Shown here: positions 10,676 to 18,418 of the stretch, one piece after another
Position numbering within the stretch: the first letter of the stretch is position 1
Layout: every line of letters begins with the position of its first letter
From: a virus
Taxonomy: Duplodnaviria > Caudoviricetes
IMG/VR virus record: IMGVR_UViG_3300029317_000031
Coordinates: 1-43,964 of that record
Reading direction: 5' to 3' (one strand)
DNA length: 43,964 nucleotides
Notes under the pieces: generated by a model
Database searches by the model: none
What the model was told of the DNA's origin: nothing
Seen by the model: the letters and a program-made list of their open reading frames with translations, nothing else
Made by a program: the position numbers and the translations under genes

Positions 10676-11062
10676 ATGAAAAACATCAAAGCCACCGTCA
10701 TTAAGCCGGGCCCGTTATCGCCCAAAGAAGCCCTCGTATTAAGGTATTTATGCGAAGGCTATTCACGGAAAGAAATAGCCCAGCAGATATGTCGCTCAGA
10801 AAGTTGCATAAACCGCCGGGTCGAAAGCCTGGCCGACAAACTCAGCAGCCATAGCACTGCCGAGATTGTCGCCACCGCTACCGCGCTGAACATCGTGCGG
10901 ATCGAACTGAAGCGGAATACACGCGGTTTTTTTAGCCAATTTGTGATCTTGCTGCTTTGTTTTAATTTCGTGTTTGGTTTTTCAGGCCCACGGCCAAGAT
11001 CGCCCCGGCCCATTCGCACCCAAAACGTAGCACGGCTGGTACGCGCCAGCCGCCAAGTTTAA
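10676..11062 (+). CDS. LuxR-type HTH protein with hydrophobic C-terminal segment
   Basis: LSPKE..VL.YL.EGYSRKEIA.Q.......KL matches the GerE/LuxR HTH. Confidence 0.8.
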   Translation: MKNIKATVIKPGPLSPKEALVLRYLCEGYSRKEIAQQICRSESCINRRVESLADKLSSHSTAEIVATATALNIVRIELKRNTRGFFSQFVILLLCFNFVFGFSGPRPRSPRPIRTQNVARLVRASRQV

Positions 11063-11091
11063 ATTTTTACCCACTAATAAAAGGACATCAG

Positions 11092-11346
11092 ATGCAACTC
11101 ATCGACGAAGTGATCGAAACAATTAAAGACCTCCATTATTGCGGCGGGGCTTATGTACTCGCTGAAGCCTTGGCCTCCGCCTGCAGCTCGCAGTACAAAA
11201 TAAGCTGCTTAGACGTGTCAGTGAATCTCGACGCCGGTAACAAAGCCTTCGTTATTCGCTTAATGCAGATCACCCGCGAGCCTGATTACAGCAACAGCTC
11301 GCAAGACTCGGCGTTGTCCTGGTTAAGCAAAAATAAATATATCTAA
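11092..11346 (+). CDS. Hypothetical early protein
   Basis: 84 aa ORF with AAGGA RBS. Confidence 0.6.
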   Translation: MQLIDEVIETIKDLHYCGGAYVLAEALASACSSQYKISCLDVSVNLDAGNKAFVIRLMQITREPDYSNSSQDSALSWLSKNKYI

Positions 11347-11354
11347 GGAGAGAT

Positions 11355-11603
11355 GTGATGGGTGGGGAGCAAGAAATAAAAACAAATAACGAAAAATTGC
11401 GTGAAGCAAAAATTGATATGGATAAAGCTGTTCTTTATGTAATGAGTGAAGCCATAAACTCGAACATTGAACAAATAGATAACCCACTGACAAAGCAAGT
11501 GCTGTCGAGTATTCTTGTTATATTTTGCAGAGAAGCGGCGTCACTTGGCTTTGATTCTGGCTTAGAGTTTGCAGAAAAACACGGTTTTAAGTTGGGGGAA
11601 TAA
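11355..11603 (+). CDS. Hypothetical early protein
   Basis: 82 aa ORF with AAGGAG RBS; stop overlaps primase start. Confidence 0.6.
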   Translation: MMGGEQEIKTNNEKLREAKIDMDKAVLYVMSEAINSNIEQIDNPLTKQVLSSILVIFCREAASLGFDSGLEFAEKHGFKLGE

Positions 11604-14329
11604 TGCAACATATCAACCTAAACCCGCAAATAATTAACCGCCTAGAAAGTGACTTTAACATGGTGATTCGAGGCGCCCATTTACGCGGCGGCGAATGCCC
11701 TGAATGCAGCAAAAAAACCCTCTGGACCTGGCTAGACAAGCCCGGCCGTGTGCAGTGTGATCGCACCAATAACTGCAGCTTTAGCGCCACCAGCAAAGAA
11801 CTCTTCCCCGATTTATTCGAGCGAATTAACGAACGCTACAAACCCACCGAAGAAAACCCCAACGCCACCGCTGATGCGTATTTATCGCTTATTCGCGGGA
11901 TTGATCCCAGCGCTATACAGGGCTGGTACGATCAAAACAAATACTGGCACCCCAACGGCAACAAGGGCACCGCCTCGGTGCGGTTTTATTTAACAGAAGA
12001 TAAACAAACCTACTGGGAACGGTTGATAGATACCGTCACCATCACCGATGACGATGGCAGCACCGAAGAGCGCAACAAAAGTTTTAAAGGGGCTTTTAAG
12101 GGCCTTTGGTGGCAGCCGCCGCAGCTAACCATTAATAAAGATGACACGGTTTATTTTTGCGAAGGCATTTTAGACGCTATATCGCTTAATTTAAACGGCC
12201 TAAAAGCGGTGGCGATTATGTCGAGCGGGACCTTTCCGCATGAAACCATAAAGCAGCATTTAGGCCAAAATATTCAATGGGTACTGGCGCTGGATAACGA
12301 CAAAGCCGGCCGCAAAAGCATCAAAAAACACGGCCAAACCCTGCGCGATATGGGCGAGCGCGTTACCGCCATGTTATCGAGTGAAAGTGATGAAAAAGCC
12401 GATTGGAATGATTTACACCGCGCCAAAAAACTCAGCGAACTGGACATTGCCCAATACCGCTATTTAGGTGGCTTAGAACTGGCCATTAGCTACCGCGAAA
12501 AAGCGCAAATGATTTGGCAGCACAAGAACTGCCGGCAATATGTTTACGACTACAGAAACAAAACATATTCATTAAAGATTGATAAAAAGAAACATGATGA
12601 AGCCGTAAAAACCTTTGTTTATGGGCAGTCTGGCGCAGTTGACGGCTCATTGAATACCGGTGATGTGGAAAAAATAATAGCCGAATTAAGCGAGATGCAA
12701 AAGAAAGAATTAGATGCAAGCGCGTTTGGCCAGTCTGCAACAATTCAAGAAATCGCCACCTTTAAAATGGATTACCTGTATTTTCAGCAACCCGACAACG
12801 GTGAGGATGGGCAGTATTTCTTCCACTTTACGCTGGCAACGAATGATCAGGCTCGTGAAATAGCTTTTACCCACAAAACAATGAATGCCGCGAGTGATTT
12901 TTCAAAATCATCCATGCGCATACCCGGTGCGTGTTTTGATGGTTCAACCGCTAATTTACGGTGGTTATATAAAGACTGGACAAGACGAAACCAAAAAGAG
13001 GTGCGCACCCTCGATTATATTGGTTACGACAAAAAAACCCGCGCTTATATCTATAACGATTTTGCCATCGAAAAAGGGCGTATTCATAAGGTGAATAGTC
13101 AATCGTTTTTTCAGCTCAAAAAAGAGGGGATCAAAACAACAGTCGACATTAGGCAAACCCTCAGCACTAAGCAAAATATCGCGTGGTTAGATGATTATAA
13201 AACCGCGTTCAAAACTAAAGGGCTGATTGCGCTGGCTTGGTGGTTTGGTAGCTTATTTGCCGAACAAATACGTGAACAACACCGCGCTTACCCCTATTTT
13301 GAACTGGTTGGAACGCCGGATTCCGGCAAATCTTTACTGGTGGATTTTTTGTGGAAACTGCTCGGCAAAGAAGGGGAAACATTCAACCCGAAAGTATCGA
13401 CCCCAGCGGGCCGAATTCGAAAAATGAGTGAAGTGTCAAACATACCGATTGTTTTTAACGAAACAGATAACGAAGCGCAAGATGGCGCACGGCATGAAAA
13501 GAAATTTGCATGGGATGAATTAAAGGATCTTTTTGAAGGCCACTTTGGGAAAGTCACCGGCGTTAAATCGATGGATAACAGAACTCGAAAAACCCTTTTT
13601 AAGGGCGCATTAATGATGCTGCAAAACGTGAAAATTGTGGCATCAGAGGCGATGATGACCCGAATGGTTCACATGTTTTTTGATACCAGCCATCATTCGC
13701 CTGCGGGCTATGACGCCTCCGTTCGATTGAACTCAATGGATGTTAAAGAACTCAACGGCTTTTTAATTAATACCGTCAAACAAGAAGAGAGAATTTTAAA
13801 ACACTTTAACCAGCAATACCCCAAACACCGCGCCACCTTGATTGAGAATAAAGAAATAAAAACAAATCGAATTATAGAAAATCACGCCAAAATCATGGCC
13901 TTATTCGACTGTTTAAAAGGCGTTATACCCGCAATAAGCGATCAAGACGTGGTCGATGTTCGCATCATGCTTGAAGAGCTGGCGGTAGAGTGCCAGCAGG
14001 AACTGAACGAAGACAGCCAGCTCGTTCAGCAGTTTTGGGGCCAATACTATTATATGAATGGCGAACCAGAAATGGGCTACCAGCGGCAAGTTGGTGAGCA
14101 AAAGCCGCGCTTAAATCACAGCCGCACACCGGATCAAACAATCTGCGTTAGTCTTGAGCACTTTCACCGAATGTGTGGTGAGTTAAACCAGCCAAGAATG
14201 GATCCGAACGAACTTAGGCGACAGCTAAAAGACAGTAAAAAACACAAGCTTATCGACAGTAAGGTGATTAATTCCGCTATTGAACCACGCTCGGTCCGAT
14301 GTTTTGTGTTTGAAGTGAAAGGGGTTTAA
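11603..14329 (+). CDS. P4-alpha-like primase-helicase replication protein
   Basis: N-terminal Cys zinc finger (CPEC...C...C), TOPRIM (CEGILDA, LDND), Walker A GTPDSGKS. Confidence 0.88.
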   Translation: MQHINLNPQIINRLESDFNMVIRGAHLRGGECPECSKKTLWTWLDKPGRVQCDRTNNCSFSATSKELFPDLFERINERYKPTEENPNATADAYLSLIRGIDPSAIQGWYDQNKYWHPNGNKGTASVRFYLTEDKQTYWERLIDTVTITDDDGSTEERNKSFKGAFKGLWWQPPQLTINKDDTVYFCEGILDAISLNLNGLKAVAIMSSGTFPHETIKQHLGQNIQWVLALDNDKAGRKSIKKHGQTLRDMGERVTAMLSSESDEKADWNDLHRAKKLSELDIAQYRYLGGLELAISYREKAQMIWQHKNCRQYVYDYRNKTYSLKIDKKKHDEAVKTFVYGQSGAVDGSLNTGDVEKIIAELSEMQKKELDASAFGQSATIQEIATFKMDYLYFQQPDNGEDGQYFFHFTLATNDQAREIAFTHKTMNAASDFSKSSMRIPGACFDGSTANLRWLYKDWTRRNQKEVRTLDYIGYDKKTRAYIYNDFAIEKGRIHKVNSQSFFQLKKEGIKTTVDIRQTLSTKQNIAWLDDYKTAFKTKGLIALAWWFGSLFAEQIREQHRAYPYFELVGTPDSGKSLLVDFLWKLLGKEGETFNPKVSTPAGRIRKMSEVSNIPIVFNETDNEAQDGARHEKKFAWDELKDLFEGHFGKVTGVKSMDNRTRKTLFKGALMMLQNVKIVASEAMMTRMVHMFFDTSHHSPAGYDASVRLNSMDVKELNGFLINTVKQEERILKHFNQQYPKHRATLIENKEIKTNRIIENHAKIMALFDCLKGVIPAISDQDVVDVRIMLEELAVECQQELNEDSQLVQQFWGQYYYMNGEPEMGYQRQVGEQKPRLNHSRTPDQTICVSLEHFHRMCGELNQPRMDPNELRRQLKDSKKHKLIDSKVINSAIEPRSVRCFVFEVKGV

Positions 14330-14331
14330 AC

Positions 14332-14499
14332 ATGTTTAAAACGATATTAATACTGATGGCGTGCGCAAGCACCTATTTTGGAGCCTACATTCTGGGCAAA
14401 TCAACCCAGTTTGAGGTGTTTTTTAACCCCGAGTCACTGATGTTTATGGGCGGTGTTATTTATACCGACATGGTGATTATAATTAATAAAATGCTATGA
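14332..14499 (+). CDS. Small hydrophobic protein (55 aa, not in the ORF track)
   Basis: MFKTILILMACASTYFGAYILG...; starts 2 nt after the primase stop and overlaps the next start as ATGA. Confidence 0.5.
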   Translation: MFKTILILMACASTYFGAYILGKSTQFEVFFNPESLMFMGGVIYTDMVIIINKML

Positions 14500-14723
14500 A
14501 CTGGAAAAGAACCGACAAATACTGCCAAAGCAGTGGGCCTTACACCGTATTCGCCTTCGGCAAAGGCATGAATCAAGGCAAAGCCGTGTGGCGATTCGCC
14601 GCCAGCTATAAACCCCAGCAAGCCGTATTAGGCGTATTTGAAACAAGTGACGCCGCACGGCAGTGTTGCCAACAGCATCAGCTAGACATGAAAAAACCGC
14701 CAGCAGCGGTCTTTTCGCCTTAA
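14496..14723 (+). CDS. Hypothetical phage protein
   Basis: 75 aa, coupled within the early operon. Confidence 0.6.
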   Translation: MNWKRTDKYCQSSGPYTVFAFGKGMNQGKAVWRFAASYKPQQAVLGVFETSDAARQCCQQHQLDMKKPPAAVFSP

Positions 14724-14920
14724 ATGAAAATACTCATAAAAGGGGAGTCGTGGCGGTATTTTAACAGCCCATCCGCCCCCTGCAACAACAAACCGTAGCA
14801 ACAAAGAACAGCCCCAGCGGTCGGTGGGCAACAACAACCGCAATCAAAGCGCGTACTCCTTTCGCGTGATTTGGTCGAATCGCCACCGTAAGTGGCCATA
14901 TTTAAACCACAGAGATCAAC

Positions 14921-15106
14921 ATGCAAAAAATTGTATTAAAACCCGGTGATCAACTCACCATCAGTGGCGTCCAAATGACCGTTTTAGAGGTCGTCAAACA
15001 AAACATTCACCTCGGGTACACCGGCATCAACAATAAACACATCGCCTATAACCCGCTGCGGGTGGCTGAATTTACCCCGGTCGGGGCAACAACGGAGAAC
15101 CACTAA
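14921..15106 (+). CDS. Divergent CsrA-like protein
   Basis: LKPGDQLTI..VQMTVLEV....IHLG resembles the CsrA beta-strand pattern. Confidence 0.45.
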   Translation: MQKIVLKPGDQLTISGVQMTVLEVVKQNIHLGYTGINNKHIAYNPLRVAEFTPVGATTENH

Positions 15107-15498
15107 TGGAAACTGAATTTTATTTGCAAGATAAACGCCAATACGTCGGCAATGATATTTTGTGGTGGGCCAAAGATGGCAAAGGTTACACAACCGATGT
15201 TAGTGAAGCAGAGGTATTTACTAAAGAAAGAGCTTTGAAGCAGAACGCGTGCAGGCCAGATATAGATATTCCTTGGCTTAAAAGTTACGTTGATAGTAAC
15301 ACTCGACCGGTGATTGATATGCAGATAGCTTGCTCGTCTGAATCTTTGAAAGGGACAGGAATAGTCTTATCCAAAGTCCCTAAACCAAAACGAGAAGTTC
15401 ACAACTGTGGGCATTGCGGTAAGTTCTGCGACGAACATGATTGGTATTCGAGGGTTTATAACGGTGACCCATGTAGCCGATGCGAAGATGATTTATAA
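15106..15498 (+). CDS. Hypothetical phage protein with C-terminal CxxC...CxxC
   Basis: 130 aa; stop codon lies in the core box of the attC at 15493. Confidence 0.75.
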   Translation: METEFYLQDKRQYVGNDILWWAKDGKGYTTDVSEAEVFTKERALKQNACRPDIDIPWLKSYVDSNTRPVIDMQIACSSESLKGTGIVLSKVPKPKREVHNCGHCGKFCDEHDWYSRVYNGDPCSRCEDDL

Positions 15499-15553
15499 CG
15501 CCCATAGATAAGCAGCGCGACTTTTTGCGTCCGACTTGATTTGCTTGTTATAT
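15493..15553 (-). repeat. Integron attC site 1
   Basis: Minus strand: R'' ATATAAC, 5 nt, L'' AATCAAGT ... L' GCTTATC, 7 nt, R' GTTATAA; 61 bp. Confidence 0.85.
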
Positions 15554-15587
15554 GCCGTACTTATTTTGATTTATTTACATTTCGCCC

Positions 15588-15618
15588 TTGACCGTTACCG
15601 GTAACGATGTAATAATAT
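15588..15618 (+). promoter_or_regulatory. Cassette-internal sigma70-like promoter with palindromic operator
   Basis: TTGACC, 17 nt, AATAAT; perfect palindrome CGTTACCGGTAACG at 15593-15606. Confidence 0.6.
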
Positions 15619-15645
15619 ACCCACATTAACGAAACGGGAAAGAAA

Positions 15646-15846
15646 ATGACAACATTAACAATAAAGCAAGCAATAGCAAAAGAAACAATAGTAATAATGG
15701 CTGGAATTGTAGAAAAAGAAACCGGTAATCCTTGCGACATGACTGAGCTTGTAAAGCAAATCAAGATTACCGGAACAGCAACAAGCAAGCGCTTCGAGAA
15801 GTTAGCAGAAGCCGCGTACAACATGCTAATGACAGAGGCTGCATAA
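15646..15846 (+). CDS. Cassette-borne hypothetical protein
   Basis: 66 aa between attC 1 and attC 2. Confidence 0.7.
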   Translation: MTTLTIKQAIAKETIVIMAGIVEKETGNPCDMTELVKQIKITGTATSKRFEKLAEAAYNMLMTEAA

Positions 15847-15989
15847 TGGCATTAACCAACAAACAACGCCAAGAAGCCCTCCGAAAAAGGCGGGCGGGAC
15901 TTGGACAAAAGCGCCGAGAGTTTTACTTGAATGATGAAGAAAAATTGAAGGTTGACGAATATATTAGAAAATTGCGAAAGGCAATATAA
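15846..15989 (+). CDS. Small basic putative DNA-binding protein (47 aa, not in the ORF track)
   Basis: MALTNKQRQEALRKRRAGLGQKRREFYLNDEEKLKVDEYIRKLRKAI; TAATG overlap with upstream ORF; stop in attC 2 core. Confidence 0.7.
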   Translation: MALTNKQRQEALRKRRAGLGQKRREFYLNDEEKLKVDEYIRKLRKAI

Positions 15990-16043
15990 CGCTCAACAAT
16001 AAGCGGCGGCGCTTTTACCGTCCGCTTGATTAGCTTGTTAGCT
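15984..16043 (-). repeat. Integron attC site 2
   Basis: Minus strand: R'' AGCTAAC, 5 nt, L'' AATCAAGC ... L' GCTTATT, 7 nt, R' GTTATAT; 60 bp. Confidence 0.9.
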
Positions 16044-16056
16044 GAGAATTGGAGAA

Positions 16057-16269
16057 ATGAACATGAATATTAATATTAATGAAGGTTTAATGTGGTTTGG
16101 TTTTTGGATTTTTATGTCGGTCTTCGTGGCCGTCGATCACTGGATTTACTCAAAAGGGTATGACTCGTTTTTCTTGGTCCACAAGACAGACATTGAAAAA
16201 GAGCTGCAACAACTGAAAGTTGAGGAACTTAAATTGAAGATAAAACTGCACAGAATAGAAGGCAGCTAA
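16057..16269 (+). CDS. Cassette-borne small membrane protein with coiled-coil tail
   Basis: GGAGA RBS; hydrophobic N-terminal segment; stop in attC 3 core. Confidence 0.7.
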   Translation: MNMNININEGLMWFGFWIFMSVFVAVDHWIYSKGYDSFFLVHKTDIEKELQQLKVEELKLKIKLHRIEGS

Positions 16270-16324
16270 CGCCATAGTTAAAGCGCGGCGCTTTATGCCG
16301 TCGATTTTAAACGCCTTGTTAGGC
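16264..16324 (-). repeat. Integron attC site 3
   Basis: Minus strand: R'' GCCTAAC, 5 nt, L'' GTTTAAAA ... L' CTTTAAC, 6 nt, R' GTTAGCT; 61 bp. Confidence 0.88.
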
Positions 16325-16344
16325 GCATAGCGGAGTAAGGAATT

Positions 16345-16629
16345 ATGAATAAAGTAAAGCGACATATCGAAGGGTTTGATCGAGAGCTGATAGAAGGCCC
16401 TCGGAAACAGGAAAGTGACGTTCAAAATTTTTCAGGTTTTGGTGATATTTGCAACAACTGCGAGAACCAAAAAGAGACGGAAATTAGTGATGGAGTTATT
16501 GCCACTAGATGTAAATTGGCTGGAACATGGAAGAATTTTAAGGGTGATTTATACGGTGAAAAGAGAGTGGTTATGACGGATTTAGTTAGGTTTACTGACG
16601 GAAGTGAATATTGCTCAGGTTACGCCTAA
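16345..16629 (+). CDS. Cassette-borne hypothetical protein with four Cys
   Basis: AAGGA RBS; 94 aa; stop in the GCCTAAC core. Confidence 0.7.
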   Translation: MNKVKRHIEGFDRELIEGPRKQESDVQNFSGFGDICNNCENQKETEISDGVIATRCKLAGTWKNFKGDLYGEKRVVMTDLVRFTDGSEYCSGYA

Positions 16630-16677
16630 CAGCGTATTCAACGTCAAGCTGACGCATTATTCAACGTCAAGCTGACG
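16624..16677 (-). repeat. attI-like site: core GTTAGGC preceded by two 20-bp direct repeats
   Basis: TATTCAACGTCAAGCTGACG at 16635-16654 and 16658-16677. Confidence 0.55.
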
Positions 16678-16708
16678 TAATCCCACAACACAACAAACGG
16701 ACAACAAC

Positions 16709-17071
16709 ATGGCAAGCAAAGGCATTAACAAAGTGATCATCGTCGGCAACTTAGGCCAAGACCCTGAAATGCGCCAATTACCCAGTGGCGGGGCGGTGGC
16801 GAATATTACCGTGGCCACCTCGGAAGCCTGGAAGGATAAAACCACCGGTGAGCAAAAAGAGCAAACCGAGTGGCATCGGGTGGTGTTCTTTAATCGCTTA
16901 GCGGACATTGTCGGCGAATATTTGAAAAAGGGCGCGAAGGTTTATATAGAAGGATCACTGCAAACCCGTAAATGGCAAGACCAAAGCGGGCAGGATCGTT
17001 ATACCACCGAGATTAAAGCCAGCACCATGCAAATGCTCGATAGCCGTCCAAACGATGAGCCACCGCGCTAA
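16709..17071 (+). CDS. ssb: Single-stranded DNA-binding protein (no long acidic tail)
   Basis: [20 protein letters not shown]...TEWHRVVFF...[11 protein letters not shown]. Confidence 0.96.
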   Translation: MASKGINKVIIVGNLGQDPEMRQLPSGGAVANITVATSEAWKDKTTGEQKEQTEWHRVVFFNRLADIVGEYLKKGAKVYIEGSLQTRKWQDQSGQDRYTTEIKASTMQMLDSRPNDEPPR

Positions 17072-17077
17072 GCCTGG

Positions 17078-17326
17078 CTAAAACAGCTCGTTTTGTAAGG
17101 CCTGCCTTTCGTGTAATGGCAGGCTTTTCAGTAGGTGCAGCGCCAGTTGGCGGGTGGTTTGAATCGGCGGGTTTAGGTTATGCTTAAAACTGAGCGAATA
17201 AACAAAGCTGGCCCCACACTCAGCGGTGTTGGTGCATTGGCAATACAAATCCTTAATCGTGTCAGACAGTGCATTGCTTGATGTGATAATTGCTTTGTTA
17301 AAACAGTGTGGACAATCGACCCGCAT
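17078..17326 (-). CDS. ogr: Ogr/Delta-like late gene activator
   Basis: CPHC...LYCQC....CG.SF zinc finger. Confidence 0.88.
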   Translation of the reverse strand: MRVDCPHCFNKAIITSSNALSDTIKDLYCQCTNTAECGASFVYSLSFKHNLNPPIQTTRQLALHLLKSLPLHERQALQNELF

Positions 17327-17383
17327 ATAACCCCCCAGTTGTGCAGCCATTCAGTATACCAAACTCAGTTTTTCAGTGTGTTT

Positions 17384-18409
17384 TTAGCCCGCTAAAGCCT
17401 CTTTTTTCCAGTCCGGTAAGTCAAACGCCACCACTTTGCGGCCAATATGCTGGTTAATTTCTAAAAACGGTTGTTGTAGCGCGTCTATTTCCATCTCGTA
17501 ATACACCTGCATTATCTTTTGCATATCCCCAAAGCCGCTGTTATTTTCGGGTATGACGCCGCTTAAGCCCGGTTGCATTCGGTGCATGCTGAGTATTTCG
17601 CCACGGGTGATGTTTTTAATGCGCTCGAACTCATCTTTGGTGGATATATCGCCCACGGGTATTATTTGCACGGGTTCTTTGGCGTTGGATTTGCCTATAT
17701 TTAAATACAAGGATCGGAAGTTACCTGGGCCTTTGCTGCCTTTTACCTTTTCTTCAATGACCTTGGCGGTTTTCTCGTCCAGATCGGCATCGTTGGTCAC
17801 TAAGATATAGCCCATGTGCGCGCCGTTTAAGTAATATTTGCGCCTGAACAGGCCGGATTCTTCACTGAGTAGAACGCTTTGTATGCCGCCTATATATTCT
17901 GGCTTGCCGTAAATTTCTTGTTTGATATCGGGTTCTAAAATGTGGAACACTTCACCGGGTTTAAACTCGATGGTTGAGCCATCGTTTTTAAGTTTGATAA
18001 ATTCGCCGATATTTTTACCGCGCCGCATGCTAATAGCGGGCAGGCTGGATACGCGCACTAAGCGCCCAAGGCCATTAAAGTGGCGTTGAAAGTACATATT
18101 GCCGGTCACCGCATAATTTAACGCGGCTTTTTGAATCGTGTTATAGCTCACTAAATTGCTGGGTTTAAACCACTTTAAAACCATGTTCTTTTTAAAGTGC
18201 AAAATACTGTTGTGGTGGGGGTTTGCATCCATTAAATCGGCTAACCCCATTAGGCTGATGGGCGGGCGGTAGTATTCGCCGTTTATATCTAAATAGGTGC
18301 CTAAATATTCCATTGGGTTGCGGCTTAGTACCGGTTCTGGGTCACCAAAGCTAAAGGCCATGCTTTTTGATGGGGTGCTGATTGCGGTTGTTTGGGTGGT
18401 TTCGGTCAT
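17384..18409 (-). CDS. Portal protein (P2 gpQ family)
   Basis: FSFGDPEPV, QEIYG.PEY, FRRKYY.NGAHMG. Confidence 0.93.
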   Translation of the reverse strand: MTETTQTTAISTPSKSMAFSFGDPEPVLSRNPMEYLGTYLDINGEYYRPPISLMGLADLMDANPHHNSILHFKKNMVLKWFKPSNLVSYNTIQKAALNYAVTGNMYFQRHFNGLGRLVRVSSLPAISMRRGKNIGEFIKLKNDGSTIEFKPGEVFHILEPDIKQEIYGKPEYIGGIQSVLLSEESGLFRRKYYLNGAHMGYILVTNDADLDEKTAKVIEEKVKGSKGPGNFRSLYLNIGKSNAKEPVQIIPVGDISTKDEFERIKNITRGEILSMHRMQPGLSGVIPENNSGFGDMQKIMQVYYEMEIDALQQPFLEINQHIGRKVVAFDLPDWKKEALAG

Positions 18410-18418
18410 AGAATTCTC

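Noticed and set aside
14720-14926. 68-aa minus-strand ORF and a short plus-strand MKILIKGESWR fragment
   Set aside because: One is antisense to the operon, the other stops after 24 codons; cannot support a gene or pseudogene call
15493-16677. CRISPR array or simple terminators as explanation for the repeated palindromes
   Set aside because: Repeats are non-identical, separated by gene-sized segments, lack U-tracts and show attC box structure; no cas genes
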